From Candidatus Caldarchaeales archaeon (lineage in GTDB: Archaea > Thermoproteota > Nitrososphaeria_A > Caldarchaeales > Calditenuaceae): a stretch of DNA of 64,000 nt. Positions 47,424 to 58,231 of the stretch are shown piece after piece (the stretch's first letter is position 1; every line of letters begins with the position of its first letter). The position numbers were made by a program, and so were the translations under genes. The stretch spans positions 128,001-192,000 of the forward strand of contig JBCNVM010000001.1 of the NCBI GenBank assembly GCA_039630085.1, written 5' to 3'. Below the pieces are notes generated by a model. The model saw only the letters and a program-made list of their open reading frames with translations, was not told where the DNA came from and did no database searches.

Positions 47424-48506
47424 TCAGCGCAGCCTCTTACCCTCGATGAACTCCTCGACCATCTCCCTCGCGACGTGGTCAGGGTACTGGACCGGCGGGG
47501 ACTTCATCAGGTAGGCTGAGGGCGAGTAGAGGACGCCTCCGACGCCCCTGTCCATCGCGAGCTTCACGCACCTGATCGCGTCGACAGCGACGCCCGCCGC
47601 GTTCGGCGAGTCCCAGACCTCGAGCCTGACCTCGACGGTGATCGGCGCGTCTCCGAAGAGCCTCCCCTCGAGCCTGATGTAGGCGACCTTCCTGTCCTGG
47701 AGCCATGGCACGTAGTCGCTCGGCCCTATGTGGACGCTCCCCCCGTCGACGGGCCGTCCGGACATCACGGAGGTCACGGCGCCGGTCTTGGACCTCTTCT
47801 TCGACGAGAGCCTCTCCCTCTCGAGCATGTTCAGGAAGTCCGTGTTCCCTCCGAAGTTCAGCTGATACGTCCTGTCGACGACCGCGCCCCTGTCGCCGAA
47901 GAGGGTCACGAGGGACCTGTGGAGGATCGTCGCACCAACCTGGCTCTTGATGTCGTCCCCGACGATCGGGACCCTCCTCCTCTCGAACTCCGACTGCCAG
48001 GCGGGGTCGCTCGCGATGAAGACCGGGATCGCGTTCACCATTCCGGCCCCTGCCTCGAGGGCCGACCTCGCGTAGAACCTAGTGGCCTCCTCGCTCCCGA
48101 CGGGGAGGTAGTTGATCAGCACATCTGCTCCGGCGCTCTTCAGCGCGTCCGCCACGTCGACCGGCCTTCCGGGGTGCTCGGGGACCTCGTCCCTCAGGTA
48201 CCTCCCGAGGCCGTCCAGCGTCGGGCCCCTCATCACCTCGACGCCCAGCTTCGGGACCTCCGCGAACCTCAGCGTGTTGTTGGGAGGGGAGAAGATCGCC
48301 TCTGAGAGGTCCTTCCCGACCTTCCTCGCGTCGACGTCGAAGGCCGCGACGAACTCTATGTCGCCCACGTGATATCCCCCGAGCCTGACGTGCATCAGCC
48401 CCGGGACCCGCTCGCCGTCATCGGCGTTCGCGTAATAGTGGACTCCTTGTACGAGGGCCGAGGCGCAGTTGCCCACGCCGGCTATAGCGACCCTGACCTT
48501 CGGCAC
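47424..48506 (-). CDS. ino1: Inositol-3-phosphate synthase
   Basis: [34 protein letters not shown]. Confidence 0.95.
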   Translation of the reverse strand: MPKVRVAIAGVGNCASALVQGVHYYANADDGERVPGLMHVRLGGYHVGDIEFVAAFDVDARKVGKDLSEAIFSPPNNTLRFAEVPKLGVEVMRGPTLDGLGRYLRDEVPEHPGRPVDVADALKSAGADVLINYLPVGSEEATRFYARSALEAGAGMVNAIPVFIASDPAWQSEFERRRVPIVGDDIKSQVGATILHRSLVTLFGDRGAVVDRTYQLNFGGNTDFLNMLERERLSSKKRSKTGAVTSVMSGRPVDGGSVHIGPSDYVPWLQDRKVAYIRLEGRLFGDAPITVEVRLEVWDSPNAAGVAVDAIRCVKLAMDRGVGGVLYSPSAYLMKSPPVQYPDHVAREMVEEFIEGKRLR

Positions 48507-48543
48507 AGTTTTATGCCCATAAAATACTATTTAGCCCTTAACC

Positions 48544-48918
48544 TCATCTCGAAGGCCCGGAGTCGGAGCGGCCGGTGAGCGCGTCGGCCACATCCCTTAG
48601 GAAACTCAGGGCGGACTCCAGCTCGGACATGCCCCTCTCGGTCAGCTCGTAGTAGACCCTGGCGCCGCCGGTCCTGCTCCGCTCGACCCTGCTGGAGGTG
48701 ATGAGCCCTTCCCGCTCGAGCCTGTAGAGGACCACGTAGCAGGTGACCCTGCTCGGCCTGAACCCGAACCTCCCCTCGATCAGGTCCACGAACTCGTAGC
48801 CGTACCTCGGCCCCTCTCTCAGTACCGCGAGGACGTAGAGCCAGAGGTTCTCGAGGGTGAGCTTCCTGACCAGCCTCCTCCCGGCCCTCGACCTCGGGGA
48901 CCACTCGGGACGCCTCAA
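48544..48918 (-). CDS. PadR-family transcriptional regulator
   Basis: PRYGYE, YVVLYRLEREGLI, YYELTERG. Confidence 0.85.
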   Translation of the reverse strand: MRRPEWSPRSRAGRRLVRKLTLENLWLYVLAVLREGPRYGYEFVDLIEGRFGFRPSRVTCYVVLYRLEREGLITSSRVERSRTGGARVYYELTERGMSELESALSFLRDVADALTGRSDSGPSR

Positions 48919-48974
48919 GACCTGACGGAGTTCGGGCCAGCGGGCTATTGTGTATTGCACGCGACCCCGAGCAC

Positions 48975-50657
48975 GTGACCGCGGAAAGTCCTAATCCGAG
49001 GGAGTCGGTCGAGGGCGTGTTCAGCGAGCTCTGGCTCAGCACCGGAAGGAACTACTTCACTGAGGACAGGCCGCTCCAGCTCCTCCTGAAGCACGTCGGG
49101 TTCAAGGGGGACCCGAACCTTGAGCGGCTCGGGCACTACGTCTCGACCGAGATGATGGAGGCGAGCCACTGGATCGACCGTTTCGCCAGGCCGACCCTGA
49201 GGAAGTGGAGCGCGACGGGCCGCGAGGTCGACGCGGTGCAGGTATCGCCGGAGCACCTGAGGACGGTCTACGACCTGCTGGGCTTCGGGGTCGTCTCGAA
49301 AGCCCTCGGCGGGGAGAGGGACCTGACTTACCACTTCGTCTCGGGCTACGTGATCTCGGACGCAGGGTTCTTCTGCACGATCACCCTGACGATGCAGACG
49401 GCCTGCGGGCTGATGAAGTACGGCGACGGCGAGACGAGGTCCCGGTTCCTCCCGAACTTCCTGAGGAGGGAGAGGCCTTGGACGGGAGCGACCTTCTACA
49501 CCGAGGTCCAGGCGGGGAGCGACCTGGGGAACATCGAGACCGTCGCGGAGGCTAGGGGCGGGAGGTGGCTCCTCAGGGGCCTGAAGTACTTCGCGAGCAA
49601 CGTGGGCCTTGCTGACGCGGCGATCATCACGGCCAAGCCTCTTCCGGCCGTGAGCGGGCCGAGGGGCGTCGCGGCGTTCTTCGCGCCTGCGAGGAAGGAG
49701 GACGGCTCGCCGAACTGGAGGGTCATCAGGCTGAAGGAGAAGCTGGGGACGGTCACGGTCCCGACCGGCGAGGTCGAGCTCAGGGACGCGGAGGCCTACC
49801 AGCTCGGGGATCAGGGCCAGGGGATCTACGTCGCGCTCGAAATACTCACGGTGGCGAGGATAGACAACGCGATCGCGGGGCTTGGCCTCGCGAGGAAGGC
49901 GCTCTGGGAGGCCGCGCTCTACGGCAGCCAGAGGAGGGCGTTCGGGAGGAGGCTCGTCGAGCACCCGCTCTACCTGAGGGACCTCGTCGAGATGGAGTCG
50001 AGGCTTCAGGCGAACCTCCTGCTCTCCCTGATCGCTGCGAAGGCCTTCAGTGAGGCCTCCGCTGAACGTCCTCCCTACTCCCAGGACTATCACAGGGCGA
50101 GGCTTCTGAGCCACGTCACCAAGAACATGGCCGCGTGGGCCTCGATCGAGCTGACGAGGTACGCGATGGAGCTTATGGGCGGCATAGGGTTCCTCGAGGA
50201 GTTCCCGATGGCGAAGGTCCACAGGGACTCCTTGGTGACCGCGATCTGGGAGGGGACCAGCAACGTCCAGTCGCTGGACATGGCGGAGGTCCTCTTCAGG
50301 AAGGGGCTCGCCGAGCGGCTGATGGAGGAGCTGGCCGCGGGGATCTCCAGTGTGGAGGACGGGGAGGCTAGGGTCGCCCTCGTAGCGCTCCTCGAGGGAG
50401 AGGTCAAGCGGGCCGTGGCAGCGGCGGCCTCGGACGGCGTCGAACACCACTCGAAGCACCTCCTCGAGAGGCTCGGGAGCCTGATCGCGGCCCTCCACTA
50501 CCAGAGGTGGGCCGAGGAGACCTCGAAGGAGACCGGTGAGGACTGGCCGCTCGCGATGAGCAGGGTCTTCCTCGAGAGCTGGGTCCGCAGGAGGGACATC
50601 CCTTCGGACTTGGTCAGGAGGGCGAGCGAGGGCGTCAGCTGGATGTTCGGCTCGTAA
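48975..50657 (+). CDS. Acyl-CoA dehydrogenase (AidB-like)
   Basis: TEVQAGSDL, GLKYFAS, LKEKLGT, IWEGTSNV. Confidence 0.9.
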   Translation: MTAESPNPRESVEGVFSELWLSTGRNYFTEDRPLQLLLKHVGFKGDPNLERLGHYVSTEMMEASHWIDRFARPTLRKWSATGREVDAVQVSPEHLRTVYDLLGFGVVSKALGGERDLTYHFVSGYVISDAGFFCTITLTMQTACGLMKYGDGETRSRFLPNFLRRERPWTGATFYTEVQAGSDLGNIETVAEARGGRWLLRGLKYFASNVGLADAAIITAKPLPAVSGPRGVAAFFAPARKEDGSPNWRVIRLKEKLGTVTVPTGEVELRDAEAYQLGDQGQGIYVALEILTVARIDNAIAGLGLARKALWEAALYGSQRRAFGRRLVEHPLYLRDLVEMESRLQANLLLSLIAAKAFSEASAERPPYSQDYHRARLLSHVTKNMAAWASIELTRYAMELMGGIGFLEEFPMAKVHRDSLVTAIWEGTSNVQSLDMAEVLFRKGLAERLMEELAAGISSVEDGEARVALVALLEGEVKRAVAAAASDGVEHHSKHLLERLGSLIAALHYQRWAEETSKETGEDWPLAMSRVFLESWVRRRDIPSDLVRRASEGVSWMFGS

Positions 50658-50853
50658 TACATGATCCCTGAGTTTGTAGAAGAAGCGGGCTACAGTTCGC
50701 GACGCTGCACACCCCCCTCCACGGAATCCTTGAAGGTTCACGCGTGACTCGGGGACTGAGGGCCACGCAGGCCCTCGCCTCGCGTCCGTCGCGGAAGCTT
50801 CGGGCCTCACATGGTATAAATCCCGGAGGCCGGGTGGTGCCGAGGCGCGGGAC

Positions 50854-51120
50854 ATGTCCGAGGAGCCGATCGACATGATAGTGATCGGGTTCGACGAGCT
50901 CGACAGGGCCCTCGTCTCGCCGACCTCGGGCTCGGGCGACATCGACCTTCCGTCGCTCGTGGGGAAGGAGGTCGTCTACCTCGACTACAACGGCAACCCG
51001 TGGAAGGGAAGGGTCGTAGAGGCCGCGGAGGACGTGCTGACCGTCGAGTTCGAGGCGACAAAAGAGGGGAAGGAGGTTCCGGGGCTAGGCCAAGGGAGCC
51101 TCGTAAGGGTAATCCCGTGA
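50854..51120 (+). CDS. Small acidic beta-barrel protein, possibly L35Ae(eL33)-like fold
   Basis: LVGKEVVY...G...KGRVV...VLTVEF...PGLGQGSLVRV; TATAAA upstream. Confidence 0.55.
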   Translation: MSEEPIDMIVIGFDELDRALVSPTSGSGDIDLPSLVGKEVVYLDYNGNPWKGRVVEAAEDVLTVEFEATKEGKEVPGLGQGSLVRVIP

Positions 51121-51123
51121 GGT

Positions 51124-52539
<1,416 letters not shown>

Positions 52540-52596
52540 GTCCGCGGTCCCTACTGCGCAGCTCCACGAGAAAACCGTTTTACCGGCCGGACCGCC

Positions 52597-53478
52597 TCAG
52601 GGAGCCCTCCTCCCCACCACGACGCCCATCTCCCCGACCCACCTGACCACGAAGCCCGAGGCCCTCATCCTCCTCATCACGCCGACGTGGACCCTCTTCC
52701 CCGACCTCGAGCCGGGGTGGCCGACGTAGTGGACGATCCTCCCGCCGGGCCTCAGGACCCTCGCGAGCTCCCGGTAGAACTCCTCCGAGTAGAGCTCCCC
52801 GGCCAGCGAGAACCTCGGCGGGTCGTGGATCACCGCGTCGAAGTGCGCGCTCGGGAGGTTCCTGACGACCTCGGCGACGTCCCCGAGGATCAGCTCCGAG
52901 CTGCCCGACGAGAGGCCCTCCGACCAGGGGTTCAGCTCCGCGATCGAGAGGACGTTCGGGTCGACCTCGACCGTGACCACCCGCGCGGCGCCCCTCCTCA
53001 GCGCCTCGACCGCCGTGTAGCCGAGCCCCGTGCAGGTGTCGAGGACCGTCCTCCCCTTCAGCGCCCCCAGACGGCCCACCTTCGAGGATGCGTCCTCGGT
53101 GGGGGAGACGCCAGCGACCCTGTGCATGTGGATCCCGTCGACCTCGAGCGTCGGAGCCCTTCCCCTCCCGCAGTTCACCAGCTTGTAGTACCTCCCTGCC
53201 CTCGCCTCGACAGGCACGAGGCCGTCGGCCGTCGCCGCGAAGACAGTCCGCTCGTCCTCCGCGACCTCCTCCAGCTCCTCCCTCCGGACCAGCAGGGGCC
53301 CTATCCGAGCGCCCTCGGCCGTCAGCTCCAGCGCGACCCTCGAGACCCAGAGGTCCAGGCTCGTCGTGACGGTCGGCCGGCCCCGCCCGAGCGCCTCCAG
53401 CAGGTCGACCGCGACCTCAGATGTGATCAGGGGAAGCCTCCTGGGCCTGAACTCCCATCGCTCCCAGGGCATCCGCAC
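52597..53478 (-). CDS. Archaeal SAM-dependent methyltransferase (COG2521-like)
   Basis: DGIHMH, LDTCTGLGYTA, HDPPRFSLAGELYS. Confidence 0.88.
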   Translation of the reverse strand: MRMPWERWEFRPRRLPLITSEVAVDLLEALGRGRPTVTTSLDLWVSRVALELTAEGARIGPLLVRREELEEVAEDERTVFAATADGLVPVEARAGRYYKLVNCGRGRAPTLEVDGIHMHRVAGVSPTEDASSKVGRLGALKGRTVLDTCTGLGYTAVEALRRGAARVVTVEVDPNVLSIAELNPWSEGLSSGSSELILGDVAEVVRNLPSAHFDAVIHDPPRFSLAGELYSEEFYRELARVLRPGGRIVHYVGHPGSRSGKRVHVGVMRRMRASGFVVRWVGEMGVVVGRRAP

Positions 53479-53527
53479 AGTTACATCGGGCAGGCCGGGG
53501 ATAGAGTTGAGCCTCCGTCCGGAGGGG

Positions 53528-54340
53528 TCAAAGGGCCCTCGAGAGCCTCCTGAGCTGTTCCGGCGACGGGTCGACGAGCCACCCGACGACCAGTCCGAAT
53601 CCCATCTCCCCGAGCCTGCCGATCCCGGCCCTAACCTCCTCCGGCCGCCCGAAGACCGTCAGCTCCCTCAGCCCCGCCTCGAGCTCCTGCCCGTCCGCGT
53701 CCCTGTACCTCGGCCTCCTCGAAACGTAAGACCTCATCCTCGACATCGCGGCCTCTGAGGGGTCGCCGACGAAGAGCGGGACGTAGACCGCGACCCTCTC
53801 CCAGATCCTGCCGAAGGCCTCGGCCCAGAGGCGCGAGTCGGCGTCCATCAGGACGAAGGGCACGACCGACCTGATCCAGCCCAGCGAGAGAACGGCCCTC
53901 TCGACGCGCTCGGTCCCGACCATCAGCTCCCTCTCGCGCCCGTTCAGTTCCGCCGCCTCGGTTGCGTAGGACCTCAGGAGCGCACCCGCTCCGGACCGCG
54001 GACCTCCTCCGTCGAGGTAGGCCGGGTGTCCCGCGACGAGGCAGAGCCCGAGGCCCGGCGACTCCGCGATGAGCCTGAGCAGACCCTCGAACCTCTCCCT
54101 CGCGTCCCGCCTCCTCACCGGGACCGTCACGACGAGCCTCGTCGAGTCCGCCTCCTCCGCCAGCATCCCGATCGACCCGAGCGAGAGGTCGTCGACCTCC
54201 CTCTCCGAGTCCAGCACGAGGTGGCTCAGCCCCAAGTCCTTGGAGAGCCTCAGGAGGGAGAGGGCGCTCCGGAGCTTCGACTCCTCGTCGTCACCGAGCG
54301 AGCTGGGCTTCAGGGCGATGCCGACTTGGAAGGCGCCCAC
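53528..54340 (-). CDS. Hypothetical TIM-barrel protein, degenerate luciferase-like monooxygenase fold
   Basis: LLRLSKDLGLSHLVL and VFGRPEEVRAGIGRLGEMGF resemble LLM ends. Confidence 0.5.
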   Translation of the reverse strand: MGAFQVGIALKPSSLGDDEESKLRSALSLLRLSKDLGLSHLVLDSEREVDDLSLGSIGMLAEEADSTRLVVTVPVRRRDARERFEGLLRLIAESPGLGLCLVAGHPAYLDGGGPRSGAGALLRSYATEAAELNGRERELMVGTERVERAVLSLGWIRSVVPFVLMDADSRLWAEAFGRIWERVAVYVPLFVGDPSEAAMSRMRSYVSRRPRYRDADGQELEAGLRELTVFGRPEEVRAGIGRLGEMGFGLVVGWLVDPSPEQLRRLSRAL

Positions 54341-54465
54341 CCATCTCGGGGCCTCCAGCTCTCGGGTCTGATTTATCCGTTTACCCGGCCGGAGGCGGTC
54401 GGTCCGTGGGGCCGCGGACTTCTCCCGGACAAGGTCTATCACGAGGGCAGAGCACCTTAGGGCCG

Positions 54466-55149
54466 ATGGCGAGGCTCAAGTGGTTGGGCCACGCCGCGTG
54501 GCTCATCGAGCTCGACGGGAAGAAGGTGCTGATCGACCCGTTCATCTCCCAGAACCCCGTGGCGCCGGTGAAGCTGGACCAGCTCGAGAGGGTCGACTAC
54601 GTCGTCGTGACGCACGACCACTTCGACCACGTCGGCGACGCCTTCGAGGTCTGCAAGATGTTCGACGCGCTCTTCGTCGGGATCTACGAGCTAAAGGTCA
54701 AGGCGGAACAGAACGGCGTGAGGAGGACCTTCGGGGCGAACGTCGGAGGGACCTTCAACGCCGACGGCCTCAGGGTCACCCTGACACCGGCCATCCACTC
54801 CGGGAACCCGACGGGTGTCGTCCTGCACGGCGAGGAGGCCGTGATCTACCACGCGGGCGACACCGCGCTCTTCGGCGACATGAGGCTGATCGGCCAGCTC
54901 TACCGGCCCGACGTAGCCCTGCTACCCATAGGCTCGCTCTTCACGATGGGCCCGGTCGAGGCGGCGGTCGCTGCCTCCCTGATCAGGCCTAAGGTCATCG
55001 TACCGATGCACTACAACACCTTCGACGCGATCAGGCAGGACCCGAGGGAGTTCGAGAGGCTGGTGAGGGCCAGGGCGAAGGGAGTGAAGGTGGTTGTCCT
55101 GAGCCCCGGCGAGGCCTACGAGTACTCTAGGAAGAGGGCCAAGAGGTGA
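54466..55149 (+). CDS. Metallo-beta-lactamase-fold hydrolase (UPF0173)
   Basis: WLGHA, THDHFDH, YHAGDT, PMHYNTF. Confidence 0.92.
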   Translation: MARLKWLGHAAWLIELDGKKVLIDPFISQNPVAPVKLDQLERVDYVVVTHDHFDHVGDAFEVCKMFDALFVGIYELKVKAEQNGVRRTFGANVGGTFNADGLRVTLTPAIHSGNPTGVVLHGEEAVIYHAGDTALFGDMRLIGQLYRPDVALLPIGSLFTMGPVEAAVAASLIRPKVIVPMHYNTFDAIRQDPREFERLVRARAKGVKVVVLSPGEAYEYSRKRAKR

Positions 55150-55158
55150 GCCGAGCGG

Positions 55159-56151
55159 TCAGGAGCCTCCCGAGAGGACCCTCGAGAACTCCTCCGGCGA
55201 GATGTTGCCACCGGTTAGCATCAGGACCACCTTCCTCCCGGAGATCTCCCGCCTCAGCTTGAACGCCGCCGCCGTCGCAGCTGCGCCCGCGAGCTCCGCG
55301 ACCTGCCTCACCGACCAGTAGAGGGCCCTGATCGCCTCCTCCATCTCCCCGTCGCTCACGACCACGACGTCCTTCAGCGCCCCCCCGAGGATCTCGAAGG
55401 GCACCTTGTACGTCCTCGCGACCGCCAGCCCCTCCGCCTTGGTCGAGACGCCGGGGAGGTTCACGAGCTCCCCCGACTTGAAGGACCTGTAGAAGGCGTC
55501 CGCGCCCTCAGCCTGAACGCCGTAGATCTCGATGCTCGGGTCGACGGACCTGTAGACCGAGACCGCGCCTATCGCGCCCGTCCCGCCGCCGATCGGGTTG
55601 ACGACCACCTCAACGTCAGGTAACTGCTCGAGCACCTCGAGGTGCATCGTAGCGACGCCGACGTGCAGCAGCCTCTCCTCGATCGCGTGGACGTAGAAGT
55701 ACCCCAGCTCCCGAGCGAGCTCCTCGGCGTACTCGGCGGCCTCGTCGTAGTAGGACCCGTACCTTATCACCTCGGCCCCGAGCTCCTCCACCGCCTCGAC
55801 CTTCACCCTCGAGACCCAGGAGGGCATCACCACCTTCACCGGGACGCCGAAGATGGACCCGGCGTAGGCGATCGACTGGGCGTGGTTCCCCATCGACGCG
55901 GTAACGACCCCCTTCAGTCCCCTCTCGCTCATCGTCCGCATGAAGTGGATCCCTCCCCGGACCTTGAAGGAGAAGGTCGGGTTGAGGTTCTCGAGCTTGA
56001 CGTAGACATCGGCTCCCAGCGCCCTCGAGAGCCTCCTCGAGCTGACCAGCGGCGTCTCGTTGAGGTACCTCCTGAGCTCCCTCTTGGCCCTGATGACCTC
56101 TCCCAGAGGTGGAGGCTCGGGCTTGGGTCCGTGTCCGGGGAGCGAAGTCAA
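55159..56151 (-). CDS. PLP-dependent threonine/serine dehydratase
   Basis: KLENLNPTFSFKVRG, SMGNHAQ, PIGGG, TGGN. Confidence 0.9.
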   Translation of the reverse strand: MTSLPGHGPKPEPPPLGEVIRAKRELRRYLNETPLVSSRRLSRALGADVYVKLENLNPTFSFKVRGGIHFMRTMSERGLKGVVTASMGNHAQSIAYAGSIFGVPVKVVMPSWVSRVKVEAVEELGAEVIRYGSYYDEAAEYAEELARELGYFYVHAIEERLLHVGVATMHLEVLEQLPDVEVVVNPIGGGTGAIGAVSVYRSVDPSIEIYGVQAEGADAFYRSFKSGELVNLPGVSTKAEGLAVARTYKVPFEILGGALKDVVVVSDGEMEEAIRALYWSVRQVAELAGAAATAAAFKLRREISGRKVVLMLTGGNISPEEFSRVLSGGS

Positions 56152-57161
56152 GGCTTCAGGATTATCTTCCCGAAGTGCTCCGACGCCTCCATCCTCCTGT
56201 GGGCCTCCCGGGCCTCCTCCAGCCTGAAGACCCTGTCGATCAGCGCCCTGAGCCTCCCCTCTGAGAAGAGCCTGAGGAGCCTGAGCAGGTCCGGCTTGCT
56301 GCCAACTCCCGCGCCGATCACGTGGTGCCTCCTGTTGTAGAGCGCCCTGATGTCGATACCCACGTCCTGGCCCGTCGTCGCACCAACCGTCACGAGCCTC
56401 CCCTTCAGCCCCAGCGACCTGAGCGCGGTCTGCCAGAAGTCCTTCCCCGCGTGCTCGAAGACGACGTCGACTCCCCTCCCGTTGGTGAGCTCCATCACCT
56501 CCTTCACCACGTCAGACTTCCTCCTGTTGATCACGTGGTCAGCCCCGACCTTGAAGGCCGCCTCGACCTTATCGTCGCTCCCGACCGTCGCGATAACCCT
56601 GCAGCCGTGGAGCTTCGCGATCTGAATAGCCGCGTAACCGACGCCGCTACCCGCCCCCACCACTAACACCGTGTCTGTCGGCCTGATCGCCGCGGCCCTG
56701 ACCAGCGCGTCCCACGACGTCAGGAAGTTGACCGGAATCGAGGCGGCCTCCTCGAACGACAAGTTGAACGGGATTTCGACGAGCGCCCTGCTCGGGACCG
56801 AGACCATCTCCGCGTAACCTCCCCACCTGTGCTGCCCGACCCGCTCCATCTTAGGGCAGAGGTTCTCCTCACCTGCCGCGCAGAGCTCACACCTCCCGCA
56901 CCCGACGTTCGGGTAGACCAGCACCCTGTCGCCAGGCCTGAACGCTCCCGACGGGTCTTCCAGTACCGTCCCAGCGACGTCGACTCCGAGGACGAGCGGG
57001 AGCTTCGTCGGGTAGAGGCCAGACCTGAGCCAGACGTCTATCCTGTTGACGCCGGTCGCCTCGACCCTGACCACCGCCTCGCCGGGCCTCCGGGGCAGCT
57101 CGACCTCCTTCGTCTCGAGGACCTCCGGACCTCCGGGCCTCTCGAAGACCGAAGCCTTCAC
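56148..57161 (-). CDS. Zn-binding MDR oxidoreductase (quinone reductase-like)
   Basis: GVNRIDVW, CGRCELC...C, GAGSGVG, FGKIIL. Confidence 0.9.
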   Translation of the reverse strand: MKASVFERPGGPEVLETKEVELPRRPGEAVVRVEATGVNRIDVWLRSGLYPTKLPLVLGVDVAGTVLEDPSGAFRPGDRVLVYPNVGCGRCELCAAGEENLCPKMERVGQHRWGGYAEMVSVPSRALVEIPFNLSFEEAASIPVNFLTSWDALVRAAAIRPTDTVLVVGAGSGVGYAAIQIAKLHGCRVIATVGSDDKVEAAFKVGADHVINRRKSDVVKEVMELTNGRGVDVVFEHAGKDFWQTALRSLGLKGRLVTVGATTGQDVGIDIRALYNRRHHVIGAGVGSKPDLLRLLRLFSEGRLRALIDRVFRLEEAREAHRRMEASEHFGKIILKP

Positions 57162-57201
57162 GTTGTTTCGCGTTACCAAGAGGATTTAAGGTGACCGGTG
57201 G

Positions 57202-57287
57202 CTTTCGGTCCTCTTCGTGAGGTTCAGAGTTCTTAGCCCGTTTAAACGCCTGAAGAACTTCGACTTTCAATCCTCTTCGTGAGGTTC
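57202..57287 (-). CRISPR. Orphan mini-CRISPR array: two 24-bp repeats and one 38-nt spacer
   Basis: Minus-strand repeat GAACCTCACGAAGAGGATTGAAAG (57264-57287) and degenerate copy ...GGACCGAAAG (57202-57225); ATTGAAAG end typical of archaeal repeats. Confidence 0.85.
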
Positions 57288-57420
57288 CGGAGAGGCGAGC
57301 CCAATTTCCCCTCTCCGAGCCTCGGCGAGCCAATCCCCGTCTGGGATTCTGCGATGGTGCGCCTTCTGCGGCGCGGTATAAAAAGTGAAAAACGACAATT
57401 TAAACGTAACTCACCCAACG
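57288..57420 (-). promoter_or_regulatory. CRISPR leader with TATA box
   Basis: Non-coding region next to the intact repeat; minus-strand TTTTTATA about 90 bp upstream of it. Confidence 0.55.
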
Positions 57421-57469
57421 TCTCCCTCACCATCGGGGCAGGTGCTCCCTCCGCTCGCGTTCAGGTTTT

Positions 57470-58231
57470 ATGCCGCCGGAGAGAACGGCCGCCGAGAGGG
57501 GCCGCGGCTTGCTCGGCCGCGATTCCAGACCCGACAGGAAGGTAAGGGCGGTCCTCTTCGACCTCTTCGGGACGCTTGTCCCCAGGTACCCGGTAGAGGG
57601 GCACAGGGAGAGCCTGAGGAGGATGGGCGAGGTCCTTGGCGTGGACTGGACGAGGTTCGCCGAGGCTTGGGTCTCGAGGCTCGAGGAGCGGATCAGGGGC
57701 TCGTGCAGGGAGGTCGGGGAGTGCATCAGGAGGGTCCTCGAGGAGATCGGCGCGGAGGCAGAGGACCGGAGGCTCTCCGAGGCCGCGAGGATAAGGCTCG
57801 AGTTCGTGAGGTCCTGCGTCGTGCCCTTCGGGGACGTGGAGCCCTCGATCAGGGAGCTGAGGTCGATGGGCCTGAGGATCGGCATCCTCTCCAACTCCTC
57901 CCCCGAGGTCCCCGGGATCTGGAGGTCCCTCGAGGTCTCGAGGCTCGTCGACGTCCACGTCTTCTCCTGCGAGGTGGGGATCGCGAAGCCCGACCCGAGG
58001 GCCTTCCGCATCGCGTCCAGCATGCTCGGCGTCAACCCAGAGGAGGTGGTCTTCGTCAGCGACGGCCCCCTCGCGGAGCTTGAGGAGGCGAGGAGGGTGG
58101 GGATGCGGTCCGTGATGATCGACAGGTACGGGACTCCCGTCGGGTGGGACGGAGAGGTCGTGAGGGACCTCAGGGAGCTCGTGGAGAAGATGAGGGGAAA
58201 GCCCGGAGTCAGTCCAAGAGGTTCGTCTTAG
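57470..58231 (+). CDS. HAD-family hydrolase
   Basis: LFDLFGTL, ILSN, KPDPRAF, FVSD. Confidence 0.88.
   Translation: MPPERTAAERGRGLLGRDSRPDRKVRAVLFDLFGTLVPRYPVEGHRESLRRMGEVLGVDWTRFAEAWVSRLEERIRGSCREVGECIRRVLEEIGAEAEDRRLSEAARIRLEFVRSCVVPFGDVEPSIRELRSMGLRIGILSNSSPEVPGIWRSLEVSRLVDVHVFSCEVGIAKPDPRAFRIASSMLGVNPEEVVFVSDGPLAELEEARRVGMRSVMIDRYGTPVGWDGEVVRDLRELVEKMRGKPGVSPRGSS

Noticed and set aside
50658-50850. Possible ncRNA (SRP, RNase P, C/D box) in this and other intergenic gaps, such as 47351-47423 and 33735-33930
   Set aside because: No diagnostic helix-8, P4 or paired C/D motifs recognised.
57178-57190. Inverted partial CRISPR repeat (AAGAGGATTTAAG) as an anti-repeat or tracrRNA
   Set aside because: Short match that coincides with the likely TATA box of the MDR gene; no class 2 effector nearby.
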